A stretch of DNA of 64,000 nt from a virus (lineage: Duplodnaviria; Caudoviricetes): positions 1-64,000 of the IMG/VR virus record IMGVR_UViG_3300037067_015007; one strand, given 5' to 3'. The position numbers and the translations under genes are program-made. Positions within the stretch are counted from its first letter, which is position 1; every line of letters starts with the position of its first letter. Of the stretch, positions 36,065-45,925 are shown in pieces. Under the pieces are notes generated by a model. The model was not told the DNA's origin, made no database searches, and saw only the letters and a list, made by a program, of their open reading frames with translations.

Positions 36065-38785
36065 ATGGCAGAAGTTAATTTAAAAGACCTCGAAGCAATT
36101 CAAACCTCTCTGAAAAGCATTTCAAGCAAGACAACTTTTGATGAAGTCAAAAAATCCATTGTTAATCTTGCTGATTCCTTAAAAGACAGTTTGGAAGAAT
36201 TTCAAAAGAATGAAGCCAAAGCCCGACAGAGAAGAACCCAACTGAATGCAACCCATTTACAAGAAGAATTGAAAAAAAGACTTGACCTTAATAAAAAAAT
36301 AATGACTTGGGAAGCAAAACAGTTTGACGAAAGATTTGAATTGAACAAGCGTTATCATACAAGAGTAGTCAATGAACTGAAGAAGCAACATAAGGAAAGA
36401 GAGTTTCTTGAAAAAAGGATGTTCTTGCGCCAAGCCGCAATGAATAAAGAATTTTACGGAAAGATAGATGAGAGTTTTAAAAAATTAAACGATAGGACTT
36501 CAAAACTTGCAGGAAAACTTGACTCTGTTTTTGGTACAGGATTTTTTACTTCTCTTCAAAAAATTTCAAGTTTAATTACAGGATTCACTAAAAATGCTTT
36601 GAAACTAACACTTGGGGGCTTACAATTTATACAAACAGCAAAACAAGGTGGGATAAAAAAAGCCTTTGCACAAACCAAAATAGGTAAAGGAATTCATACT
36701 GCTAAACGAACAGTAAGACGAGCCGCAAGCACTATTAGAAAGATTACAGGTGCAGGGGTTAGTGGAAGAATAGAAAGTAGAAAGGAAAAAGAAGAAGCAG
36801 AAAAATCCCAATCAGGTATAGCCAAAGGAATAGGAAAAACAGGAAAGACACAAGAAGCCGCACTTATAGGCCAAGTTAAATTTTTTGAATGGTTTAAAAA
36901 ATTTGCAATATTTAAATGGCTTTGGGAAAAAGCAAATTTCGCCGCTGATAAATTATCCAAACTATTAGGCCTTGGTGGTGAAGGTGGGATTAAAGGTTTA
37001 TTCAAAGCAGGATTAGGTAAATTTTTTAGTACGGGAATAGGAAAATTTATAGGCGGTACTTCAGGCGGTCTCTTACAAAAAACTCTCACATCAATAGTGG
37101 GCCTAGGCGGGGCCATCGGCGGCATCAAAGGAGCCATCAAAGGAATAAGCCAATTTGGAGCTGTATCAAAAAAATATGGTGGGGGTGCTGAAGGCGATGC
37201 TATGGGTGTCGCTTATACTGCCAAAAAAATATCAAGTGGAATTTTATCAGGATTGACGTTGGGGTTAGTTTCTCCAAAAAGCATGGATAAACTAATCAAT
37301 GCTGGTAGTAGAATAACTGAAAAATTTGTGGATGCTTTATCTCCTAATCAAAAATTTTATGATAAACTCAGTCAAGCAAAAACAGGATTAAGTAAACGTT
37401 CAATAGATATAGGAAAGACATTGGATTCCATTATGGAAAAAACAGGGACAAAAGGCACGGGAGCCTCCCAAATGAAAGCAATTATGGCTGACAAGGAAAA
37501 ATGGAACAAACTCAATAAAGAAGAACAAGAACTTGTTAGAAAAAAAGTAGAAGGTGCCAAAAAACTTCAACAAGTTGCCCAACTCCCTGCAAATAAACCT
37601 GTAGAAAAGAAGGCCGCACAAGGATTCCCTGGTATTAAAACACCAACAAAACTTGGAGACCTTTTTGGAAAAATTAGTAGGCAAACCAATCTTACTGTAG
37701 GTGAAGGTGGTGAAGAATACTTAGCGGTTTTGAATAAAGAGCAATATAACGATATAAAAGGCTTACTAGGTACAAATTTACAATCTTTCAATTTATCGCA
37801 AAAATTAAAACCAAAACCAAAAACATTTATGCAAAATTTAGTTGATAAATTTAAACTATCAAAAAAGAAAGAATCTCCATTAGAAGATAAACCAAAAGAC
37901 CAACAAAATATGGCCCCTAGTGCGAATATTGATTTGAGTTCTTTCACCATTCCTAATATCAACACAAGTATTCAAAAATTACAACCAACATTTAAAACTA
38001 AATTACTTGGAATGTTAGGAGAATATAAAAAATTATCAGGAAAACAAGCTCCTGTTAATGAGGCTTATCGTGATACGGAATATCAAAAAAAATTATATGA
38101 AGCAGACATTGCCAAAAAAAGATTAAATCCTGCTCATAGAATGAAAACAAATAAACCAGGAACATCTCCTCATGAAAAAGGCATCGCTGCCGATTTGAAT
38201 ACTGCTGATTTGGATGCGATGGATTATAAGTATGGTTTAATAGATAAATATAAACTTAAAAGAGCATCAAGTTATTCTCGAATTGGTCCAGGTAAGAGAC
38301 ATGAAAGTTGGCATGTCCAAGCCGCAGAAGGTGCGGCATTTGATAAAGCACCTAAAGATTTCATGATGAAGGGTCATGCAGGAGAAGGGGCATTTGTTGC
38401 CAAGTCTAAAGAATTTACAACCGTATTCAAATATTTTGAAATGGGTAAGAAACTTGCGGAAGAGGCTTCAGGTGCGGTTAAAGATGTATCGATGGCATTT
38501 GCTAAGGATAAGCCAGGACAAGCATTGAAAAATATGCAAAAAGAACAAGGCATAGGAGAAGGTAAAGATTCAAAAATTGTTAAATTACTTTCCGATATCA
38601 AAACAGGAATTGAAAAAGGAGCAAAACCTTCTGAAGAAAAAGAGGCTTCAAAATCCTCACCATCTGTTCCACCGTCAACAAAAGGCGGCGAGGCCAACTA
38701 TAAATCAAGAAGTGATGTCTTTCCATCTGATACGATGTTTACAAATATGTACGCTCTAGTTTCGCAATTCAGCGGAGGATATTAA
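36065..38785 (+). CDS. tape-measure-like protein with M15 peptidase domain
   Basis: coiled-coil then Gly/Ala-rich helices; AYR...YQ, GTSPHEKGIAADL, ESWHVQ. Confidence 0.7.
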   Translation: MAEVNLKDLEAIQTSLKSISSKTTFDEVKKSIVNLADSLKDSLEEFQKNEAKARQRRTQLNATHLQEELKKRLDLNKKIMTWEAKQFDERFELNKRYHTRVVNELKKQHKEREFLEKRMFLRQAAMNKEFYGKIDESFKKLNDRTSKLAGKLDSVFGTGFFTSLQKISSLITGFTKNALKLTLGGLQFIQTAKQGGIKKAFAQTKIGKGIHTAKRTVRRAASTIRKITGAGVSGRIESRKEKEEAEKSQSGIAKGIGKTGKTQEAALIGQVKFFEWFKKFAIFKWLWEKANFAADKLSKLLGLGGEGGIKGLFKAGLGKFFSTGIGKFIGGTSGGLLQKTLTSIVGLGGAIGGIKGAIKGISQFGAVSKKYGGGAEGDAMGVAYTAKKISSGILSGLTLGLVSPKSMDKLINAGSRITEKFVDALSPNQKFYDKLSQAKTGLSKRSIDIGKTLDSIMEKTGTKGTGASQMKAIMADKEKWNKLNKEEQELVRKKVEGAKKLQQVAQLPANKPVEKKAAQGFPGIKTPTKLGDLFGKISRQTNLTVGEGGEEYLAVLNKEQYNDIKGLLGTNLQSFNLSQKLKPKPKTFMQNLVDKFKLSKKKESPLEDKPKDQQNMAPSANIDLSSFTIPNINTSIQKLQPTFKTKLLGMLGEYKKLSGKQAPVNEAYRDTEYQKKLYEADIAKKRLNPAHRMKTNKPGTSPHEKGIAADLNTADLDAMDYKYGLIDKYKLKRASSYSRIGPGKRHESWHVQAAEGAAFDKAPKDFMMKGHAGEGAFVAKSKEFTTVFKYFEMGKKLAEEASGAVKDVSMAFAKDKPGQALKNMQKEQGIGEGKDSKIVKLLSDIKTGIEKGAKPSEEKEASKSSPSVPPSTKGGEANYKSRSDVFPSDTMFTNMYALVSQFSGGY

Positions 38786-38786
38786 A

Positions 38787-39608
38787 ATGGCAGATAATTT
38801 TGTAGCCGCAGATGAAAGGAATATGACATATGCGGAAAGAGCAAATATCAGATTGGATTTTCATAGATGGATTCCGTCCAAAGAAAATCAAACACAAGAA
38901 GTAGAGGAAGATGTTTCTTCTCCTGCGGATGATATAGAGAGGTCATCTCAATCAACAAGCACTTGGTATCATTCTCTTTATGGATTTTTAAAAGACGAAG
39001 GTTTATCTTTAACACTCAATAATAAATTTGAAGTTGCTTTGAATTTAGTGGGTGGATTATTGGGGCAATTGGGTGAATTGACTGCGGGAGTTACTGCTCT
39101 TGGAAAAGCAATAACAGGTAATCAAACCCAAGGATATATTACAACAGGATTTGGAGAAAATGCAAGCATTATTTTGAATACACCTTTGTTTTGGCAAGGT
39201 ACAGACCCTATAGAATTTTCAGTTTCATTATTTCAAATTGCAGATAAAGAAAATCAAATCATAGAAAATTATCAAAGGATTTTAGAAGTTCTATCTCCAT
39301 CTACAGGCCAAGGGGCTATGACAGCCACTTTATCAGGAGAAGGGCCAGGAATTATATATGTGCATTATTTTCCTGAAGTTCAAAGTGGGACAGGAAACGC
39401 CGCCGCAGGACAAGGTAAAATTATATTCGGCCCGTGTCTTTGTAGAAGAGTAGATATGAGAATTGCGCCGCCATATTCATTTCAGTTTATGCCGATTGTA
39501 GGAGAATATACTTTCACTATGGTAACATCCAGAATACTTGACAGGTCTCAAATTCAATCACTTTTTAATAAACAGTTTCCATATCCAAAAACAGGAACCA
39601 TAACATGA
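38787..39608 (+). CDS. baseplate tail-tube cap/initiator-like protein (gp48/gp54-like)
   Basis: position after tape measure; P..W.G..P..F.....F, F.PCLC..V motifs. Confidence 0.55.
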   Translation: MADNFVAADERNMTYAERANIRLDFHRWIPSKENQTQEVEEDVSSPADDIERSSQSTSTWYHSLYGFLKDEGLSLTLNNKFEVALNLVGGLLGQLGELTAGVTALGKAITGNQTQGYITTGFGENASIILNTPLFWQGTDPIEFSVSLFQIADKENQIIENYQRILEVLSPSTGQGAMTATLSGEGPGIIYVHYFPEVQSGTGNAAAGQGKIIFGPCLCRRVDMRIAPPYSFQFMPIVGEYTFTMVTSRILDRSQIQSLFNKQFPYPKTGTIT

Positions 39609-39991
39609 AATACACATATACTAAAACTACAAAAAATATTTTAGATTTTTTCGGTACGAAAATAAGATACACTTATTCTAAACTTGACGGACTCATCTAC
39701 AAAGATGTAGCCAATAATACTTATTTTCAAACTGTGGATATGGAGTTAAAAATCGATAAAGGGACATATCGTGATTCTCAATTTTATACTATTACCGAAG
39801 AAACTAAATACCGTCCCGACCGCTTGGCTTATATTGCTTATGGGGATGAAACGCTTGCTTGGATAGTCTTGCGTTTCAATGACATCACAAATCCGTTTGA
39901 ACTTGAAGTTGGTCGGATAATAGAGATACCATCTCTCACTAGAGTAAACAATACCCTCCAAGCAAAGAGACAAAAATTGCAATACCGTTAA
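39605..39991 (+). CDS. baseplate wedge protein (T4 gp53-like, LysM-like)
   Basis: YRPDRLAY.AYGDE.L.W.VL.FNDI.NPF. Confidence 0.8.
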   Translation: MKYTYTKTTKNILDFFGTKIRYTYSKLDGLIYKDVANNTYFQTVDMELKIDKGTYRDSQFYTITEETKYRPDRLAYIAYGDETLAWIVLRFNDITNPFELEVGRIIEIPSLTRVNNTLQAKRQKLQYR

Positions 39992-40000
39992 CATGAAAAC

Positions 40001-40103
40001 AATAAATAATAGTGTAGGGACAAGGAGTAATTACCCATTCAGAATACCTCGTATATTCTGGATTACCTACACTATTTTAATAATTTTACGAGGGGGTTAT
40101 TGA
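40001..40103 (+). ncRNA. endonuclease-associated pseudoknotted leader RNA, copy 5
   Basis: P1 UAGUGUAGG/CCUACACUA, P3 CAGAAUA/UAUUCUG, loop CCUCGUA pairs with UACGAGG at the SD. Confidence 0.8.
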
Positions 40104-40685
40104 ATGTCAATACAAAAATATTTTACTAAAGAAGAAAGAAGAATTGCACACAATAAAACTAATGAAAAATATCGTAGAAGTAAAGAAATAGTAGCAAGAA
40201 AAAAATTCAATACGGAAAATGAAAGAATAGCAGCAGGAATAGAATATCAAAAACAATATTATCAAAACCACAAGAAAGAAAAATTAAAAAAAGAAAAAGA
40301 ATATCGTAAAAATCATAAAGAAGAAAGAAATTTATGGGCAAGAAAACATGATAATGAAAAATATGAAACGAATATTAAGTTTAAACTTGCTAAAATTTTA
40401 CGAAGTAGAATGCGTTTGGCAATTCACAATAATCAAAGAGCAGGTTCAGCAGTTCGAGACCTTGGATGTTCTATTCCTGAATTAAAAATATATTTAGAGA
40501 ATAAATTTCAAGAAGGAATGACTTGGGAAAATTGGAAACATAATGGTTGGCATATTGACCACGTTATTCCCTTGGATAACTTCAATCTTCAGAACAGGGA
40601 AGAGTTTCTAAAAGCATGTCATTACACTAATCTTCAACCTTTGTGGGCTGAAGAAAATTTAAGTAAACATAATAAGGTGATATAA
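40104..40685 (+). CDS. HNH homing endonuclease
   Basis: WHIDHVIPL...CHYTNLQPLWAEEN. Confidence 0.9.
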   Translation: MSIQKYFTKEERRIAHNKTNEKYRRSKEIVARKKFNTENERIAAGIEYQKQYYQNHKKEKLKKEKEYRKNHKEERNLWARKHDNEKYETNIKFKLAKILRSRMRLAIHNNQRAGSAVRDLGCSIPELKIYLENKFQEGMTWENWKHNGWHIDHVIPLDNFNLQNREEFLKACHYTNLQPLWAEENLSKHNKVI

Positions 40686-41954
40686 ATGCAAGGAATTGGG
40701 GATGCTCCAAAGATTACAATAAAAGGACATAAACAAGATATTAGTTTATCAAATTGGCACTTCGAAAATTTTCGTTATGTTGAAGATATCAACCTTGGAT
40801 TCCCAACGATTGAGTTCGCTTTGAGAGATAATACATACAAACTTTTACGAGAAGGATTATTCGGAGATGAAGAACTGATTGTCGAGGAATTCGTAAGAGA
40901 CCAATTTAAATTTGATAAAAAAAGTTTTACGATAAAGTCAATAGGGTCATTGGGTGAAGAACCAAAACCAATGGCAAGTCAAGTTGTCAAACTATTGGCA
41001 ATCGACAAAAATTATGATTCTATTTTAAAAAATCAAAAATCTGTTTATTTTCTTTCTAGCGAAAAGAAGAAAATTTCTGATTTATTGAAGAAACTTTTGA
41101 CACAAGTTGGTATTGTGGAAGCAGAAAATTTCAAACTAGTTATTGAAGAAACAGCACCTTTACTTGACCAAGGATTTCAAAATTTATTTATACCATACAG
41201 CAGAGACCCAATGAAGGTGATGAGAAAACTTTCCAATTACGCAATGACTCCTGATGGGACAGGAGCCTTTACGTTTTTCATCAATCGCAGAGGGTTAAAT
41301 TTCGTTCCTGTTAGTAAGTTATTTGTGGATATCGTTAAAGATAAAACGCCATATTTAAGAATTTCAGATATTCGTCAAACTTACGGAATCAGTAGTGCTA
41401 AACTTTCCACTTTCAATGCATTTTCGAATTTCATTACAGGTCATGAAAAGAAAATCATGGGGTTCAACCTGTACGAAAAGGAATACAACTCGATATGGTA
41501 TAAACCGAATGCAAAATACATCGAGCATTCAGAATATATAGATAAACCCGAAATCGTATCAAATGTCAAAACCATGCCATTACCCCAAGTTGCCAATAGT
41601 AATGCTATTCCTTTTTCGAAAGATTTCATTACAGGGAATATCAAAACATATTACACCCCTCTTGACAATCCAATGGCTCTGAAGGCATTTGGTGATAGAT
41701 TGTATTATTCACAAATGTTCAACTATGTATTAGAACTAAATGTGGACTTGATACAAACCATGCCCGATTTTGCTATTGGGGAAATGGTTGATGTAGAATT
41801 TTTTGTTACTGATAAAGATTCATGGTCAGCCTTGAATGGTGGTTGGCTTTTAAAAAGTTTCGCATATACATATCCTGGCGATAATGTAACTTTGAAGTTG
41901 ACAAGAATTGGGATTGGTACTCTTCCCGAACAGTACATAAAAGTGGGTGAATAA
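40686..41954 (+). CDS. baseplate hub protein (gp27/gpD-like)
   Basis: position between gp53 and gp5; Y.EDI, FAIGEMV..., G.WL.K.....Y......L.L.R. Confidence 0.6.
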   Translation: MQGIGDAPKITIKGHKQDISLSNWHFENFRYVEDINLGFPTIEFALRDNTYKLLREGLFGDEELIVEEFVRDQFKFDKKSFTIKSIGSLGEEPKPMASQVVKLLAIDKNYDSILKNQKSVYFLSSEKKKISDLLKKLLTQVGIVEAENFKLVIEETAPLLDQGFQNLFIPYSRDPMKVMRKLSNYAMTPDGTGAFTFFINRRGLNFVPVSKLFVDIVKDKTPYLRISDIRQTYGISSAKLSTFNAFSNFITGHEKKIMGFNLYEKEYNSIWYKPNAKYIEHSEYIDKPEIVSNVKTMPLPQVANSNAIPFSKDFITGNIKTYYTPLDNPMALKAFGDRLYYSQMFNYVLELNVDLIQTMPDFAIGEMVDVEFFVTDKDSWSALNGGWLLKSFAYTYPGDNVTLKLTRIGIGTLPEQYIKVGE

Positions 41955-43800
41955 GATGTTTGATTTGGACAGCATTAAATCCTTAGAAGATACACAACGC
42001 AGTAATTTTTATCGTGCCCAAGTGATATCTTTGGACGACCCTTTAAATTTGAACAGAATACAAATTAATATTTTTGGCTTAACGGATGATATCCCAAGCG
42101 AAAGTTTGCCTTGGTGTGAATTGCAATTTACAGCAGGATTTTCAACTTACCCTATTCTTAATGACATTGTTTGGCTCTTTTTTGAAGGCGGTGATATTTT
42201 TCGTCCTGTATATTTAGGTACAATTTATGCGGGGCTTGATATCGATACGGATACAGGTTATGAGAAATTTTCTTTAGCAGCAGGAAGTATAACGGAATCC
42301 GCAACAGGGGTATTAGGTATAGGATACGATTTTAAAGGTATTGATGATAAAGACTCTTATCGTTCAGCCTTGCGAACTGTAAACAATGTTGAGGAAGATA
42401 AACACTTGACATTGAAAGATACAATTTCCCATTACGATGCCATTTCTTCAGGAAATACTTGGTGGAGAAAATTTTCAGGATTAGATTCTGTTAATACTGA
42501 TGATATAGCACCAGGACAAACTTTATGGCTTTCAGGGGTTGACCCCACTTATGGTAAATGTCCCTTCAAAGAGAAAAAAGTTTATCCGTGGTATGAACTT
42601 CGAGAAACTAATCAAAATAGTTGGAAATCAATTTATGGTGGATGGAGATTTTTTACAGAGACAGACTTAATTAATGGTTTAGGTTCTTTCCCTGACAATA
42701 TTCGCCGTACATATATGAAGCGTGTAAGAAATTGGGCAAATTGGACAGTTTGGAAATCACGAAAAGAAATATGGGTTCCTGAGTCGGGTCTTTATAAAAA
42801 TGCAGTTCCTAAAAGTTGGAATTTTATTCCTATGTCTGTTACTCTTTATTCCGACCCTGAATTATTCAGCGTATCTTTTTCTAGAGATGCAATAAACACC
42901 GACCCCGAAACATTAGATGAGCGTCCTGGTGGGGATTTACATACTGAAGAAATGCAGGGATTTGTCAACATTAAACCGTTCCCATTAGGGACAATGAAAA
43001 TAAAAAATCGCAAGTTTTATAAGCAATCTACATGGATGAGTTATGATGGAAAATCTGCAATAGAACTAGATGATAATGACAACTATGAACGATTAAGATT
43101 AGATTATAACTACAGCGAAGGCGGTCTTGAATTTTCCCGTGTCGGTTGGCATGGCTTGAATATATGGACAGAAGGTTCATTCATGATGAGAGCATGGGGC
43201 AGACAAGGAAATGGTAAAGGGGAAGGAATGTTTGTTGATAGTGCTATTGAATGTATTGACCATTCTCTTCTCATTAGTTCCAATAAAGCATTAATGCTTG
43301 GTGGAGATAGTTCAGCATCTTTGACATCTCTTGGCCCTGCGGGTGTCAGGTCAAAAATGAATGTAACTTCCATCACAGGTGGTGGTGGAGTAGTTATTCA
43401 AACAGAAGCAGGATTATCAACAAGAGAAGGAGTAAGTGATTTTAATAGAGGTATTTGGATGGGTTCACCTATTATTGGTGGTAATGGTCAAGCAGGTGGA
43501 GATGGTGGAATGAACGGGTGGATGCCTGTGTTATGTGATAAAGATAAAGGTGAAGCAGAAAAATATTTCAGAGCACTTAATAGTGTATTGCTTATGGTGA
43601 GAAAATTAGCGTCTATGTGTTATCAACAACCAATGGTTACAGACCAATATACAGCAGTTCCACTTGCCGTCCAACTGCGGACTTGGGCAATAGGAGCCAT
43701 GCAAGTTGTTAAAGATATTAAAGAAGGTTCCCTTTCAGCAGTATCAGTTATGGCAGGAAGTGAAAAAATTAACATAGAGGGTGCCGTAAAAGGTAAATGA
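41947..43800 (+). CDS. baseplate central spike (gp5-like)
   Basis: OB-fold YRAQV...DDPL.L.RIQ...LPW...P.LND.VW.FFEGGD..RPVYLG. Confidence 0.8.
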   Translation: MNKMFDLDSIKSLEDTQRSNFYRAQVISLDDPLNLNRIQINIFGLTDDIPSESLPWCELQFTAGFSTYPILNDIVWLFFEGGDIFRPVYLGTIYAGLDIDTDTGYEKFSLAAGSITESATGVLGIGYDFKGIDDKDSYRSALRTVNNVEEDKHLTLKDTISHYDAISSGNTWWRKFSGLDSVNTDDIAPGQTLWLSGVDPTYGKCPFKEKKVYPWYELRETNQNSWKSIYGGWRFFTETDLINGLGSFPDNIRRTYMKRVRNWANWTVWKSRKEIWVPESGLYKNAVPKSWNFIPMSVTLYSDPELFSVSFSRDAINTDPETLDERPGGDLHTEEMQGFVNIKPFPLGTMKIKNRKFYKQSTWMSYDGKSAIELDDNDNYERLRLDYNYSEGGLEFSRVGWHGLNIWTEGSFMMRAWGRQGNGKGEGMFVDSAIECIDHSLLISSNKALMLGGDSSASLTSLGPAGVRSKMNVTSITGGGGVVIQTEAGLSTREGVSDFNRGIWMGSPIIGGNGQAGGDGGMNGWMPVLCDKDKGEAEKYFRALNSVLLMVRKLASMCYQQPMVTDQYTAVPLAVQLRTWAIGAMQVVKDIKEGSLSAVSVMAGSEKINIEGAVKGK

Positions 43801-43819
43801 TAAATATATTGGAGGGAAA

Positions 43820-43984
43820 ATGTCAGAAATCACAATTATTTCTATAGATGCCTCAGAAATTGAGGGAGCATTTAATGCCGCCGCTCATACCCCACCTTTT
43901 GCGGGAGCAAATCAATTAAAAAATCAATTGGAAGCAGATATTTTAGAACTTTTAGAAGATAATGGGTTTACCCCCGTAGAGTAA
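43820..43984 (+). CDS. 54-aa hypothetical protein (not in ORF track)
   Basis: GGAGG SD, MSEITIISIDASEIEG...FTPVE, fills the gap. Confidence 0.5.
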   Translation: MSEITIISIDASEIEGAFNAAAHTPPFAGANQLKNQLEADILELLEDNGFTPVE

Positions 43985-43987
43985 AAC

Positions 43988-44416
43988 ATGGCAGAAAAAA
44001 CACTACAAAACTATTACAACAATAATATTGTTGTTGATAAGGATATTAAGAAAATTTTTGCATTTTCTATGGGTGATTTACAGACCGTAACAAACTACAA
44101 CTCTATAGTTCAATCCATAAGAAATATACTAAATACAAGAAAGGGTGAATTGATTGGACTAATCGAATACGGTTGTTCAGTTTACGAATTTTTGTTTGAA
44201 CAAATGAGCGTGGCTAATATTGAAGGGTTACGGGCTATATTGATTTCTGAAATCCAACGATGGGAAAATCGGGTTAATATAGTAGATTTTCAATATGAAA
44301 TGAACAATCCGATTGGAACTTTGAAATTGGATATGATTTTCAGCATTAAGGCTTTAGGAGCAAATCAACTATTTCGTGAAGAGTTTCTTTTGAGCAATTC
44401 GGCTGAAGCGAGGTAA
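43988..44416 (+). CDS. baseplate wedge protein (T4 gp25-like)
   Basis: SI.QSIRNIL.T.KGE.....EYGC....FLFE, I..WE.RV. Confidence 0.9.
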   Translation: MAEKTLQNYYNNNIVVDKDIKKIFAFSMGDLQTVTNYNSIVQSIRNILNTRKGELIGLIEYGCSVYEFLFEQMSVANIEGLRAILISEIQRWENRVNIVDFQYEMNNPIGTLKLDMIFSIKALGANQLFREEFLLSNSAEAR

Positions 44417-44419
44417 AAC

Positions 44420-45922
44420 ATGGCTGATAGAATAAATGTATTGGCAGGAGATTTTGATACAATCCGTTCCGAACTGAATGCCAAATTATCCGTCCTTCCT
44501 GGTTGGAAAGACAATGTGGAAAGCGGAGTTGGTTCTAGTTTGGTTCGTATGTTTTCATATGTTGCAGATTTACTAAACTATCGTGTCAATGTTTTGGCAA
44601 ATGAAAACTATTTAGATACAGCACAAATAAAAGAAAACATGATGAAGATTATCAAACTCTTGAACTATAAAGTAAAGAGAGCGGTTCCTTCTCATGGAGA
44701 CCTTACCTTGTGGCTGAAAAATGTTTCGGCTAACAATATCGTTATCCCACAAGGAACACGGTTATCAACCGCCGATAATACTCTCTTTTATACGGTTTAT
44801 GAAAATGAAATCATAGCAGGTGATAAAGAAATCAGCGTAAAGGCAGTTCAGGGAGTACAAAAAGAAATTAGTTATGTGTCAGATGGTTCGAAAAATCAAG
44901 AGTTTCTTTTGAACTCCGATAGCAAGAACTATTACATAGGTGGTGCAATTTGGCCCAATTCAGAATATGAATATTCAGGGCTGACGGTTTATGTCGATGA
45001 CGTAGAATGGACGGAAATAGATTCGTTGGTCAATGCAACCGCTACCGATATGGATTATTATGCGGAACAATATTCTGATTATGCGGTTCGAATTGTTTTC
45101 GGAGATGGAGACTTAGGGAAAATCCCGCCATCGGGTTCTATCATCAAGTTTGTATTCAACTTGAATATTGGAAAATTCGGGAACATCAACGCAGGCTCCA
45201 TTACTCGTGTTCTCGATACTATCAATGACACGGAAGCAAATCCTGTAACGGTTTACGTTACCCAATCACAATCATTCTTGAATGCAGGAGACCCTGAAGA
45301 TATAGAATCAATTCGTTCCAATGCCCCAAAATATTACACGACAGGAGACCGTGCAATTACCAATGATGATATCACAGCACTAATCAATGCCAACTTTTCA
45401 AATATTCTTGATATTTATATTCTTTCAGAAGAAGATAAAAACCCGCCTAATTTCAAGGAGTTCAATCAAATCACTATTGGTTTGTTACTGCAAGATACAG
45501 ATGGTGCCCCGCTTATCCCATCATCAAATGGGGAAAATTATCTTTCCTATTATGAATCTGTTGATGAGTTGATAAAGAAAAAGAGGTCAATTACCGTTCA
45601 TCGCAAATACATCATTCCTGCTCCTGTAGAAATACTTTTCAAAGTAACCTATAAAAAATATGACGGCTATACAGATTCATCAACTAGAGCCGCTATTCAA
45701 GGAGCCATTGAACAATATCTTTTGAATTATGGTCGATTGGGGGCAACCGTGAAATATTCAGATATAGTGTATGCCATTGAATCGCTTAGCAGTATTGATT
45801 GGTGTTACCTTGAAATGAAAAGAAGCACGGATGCAAGTTATTCAAATCAAAATATCGTTTGTGGAGAAACAGAATTTCCCGTAAAAGCAACAGGAACATA
45901 TCTAACACTCACAAGGTCGTAA
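44420..45922 (+). CDS. baseplate wedge protein (T4 gp6 / baseplate J-like)
   Basis: DFD.IR..L, E.YLDTA, I.FGDG.LGKIP, E.IESIR.NAP, RAIT..D. Confidence 0.9.
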   Translation: MADRINVLAGDFDTIRSELNAKLSVLPGWKDNVESGVGSSLVRMFSYVADLLNYRVNVLANENYLDTAQIKENMMKIIKLLNYKVKRAVPSHGDLTLWLKNVSANNIVIPQGTRLSTADNTLFYTVYENEIIAGDKEISVKAVQGVQKEISYVSDGSKNQEFLLNSDSKNYYIGGAIWPNSEYEYSGLTVYVDDVEWTEIDSLVNATATDMDYYAEQYSDYAVRIVFGDGDLGKIPPSGSIIKFVFNLNIGKFGNINAGSITRVLDTINDTEANPVTVYVTQSQSFLNAGDPEDIESIRSNAPKYYTTGDRAITNDDITALINANFSNILDIYILSEEDKNPPNFKEFNQITIGLLLQDTDGAPLIPSSNGENYLSYYESVDELIKKKRSITVHRKYIIPAPVEILFKVTYKKYDGYTDSSTRAAIQGAIEQYLLNYGRLGATVKYSDIVYAIESLSSIDWCYLEMKRSTDASYSNQNIVCGETEFPVKATGTYLTLTRS

Positions 45923-45925
45923 AAT

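Noticed and set aside
39993-40103. MKTINNSVGTRS leader as a conserved small protein family
   Set aside because: Reading frames diverge after about 12 codons and two copies lack a start codon, while base pairing is conserved; selection appears to be on RNA structure
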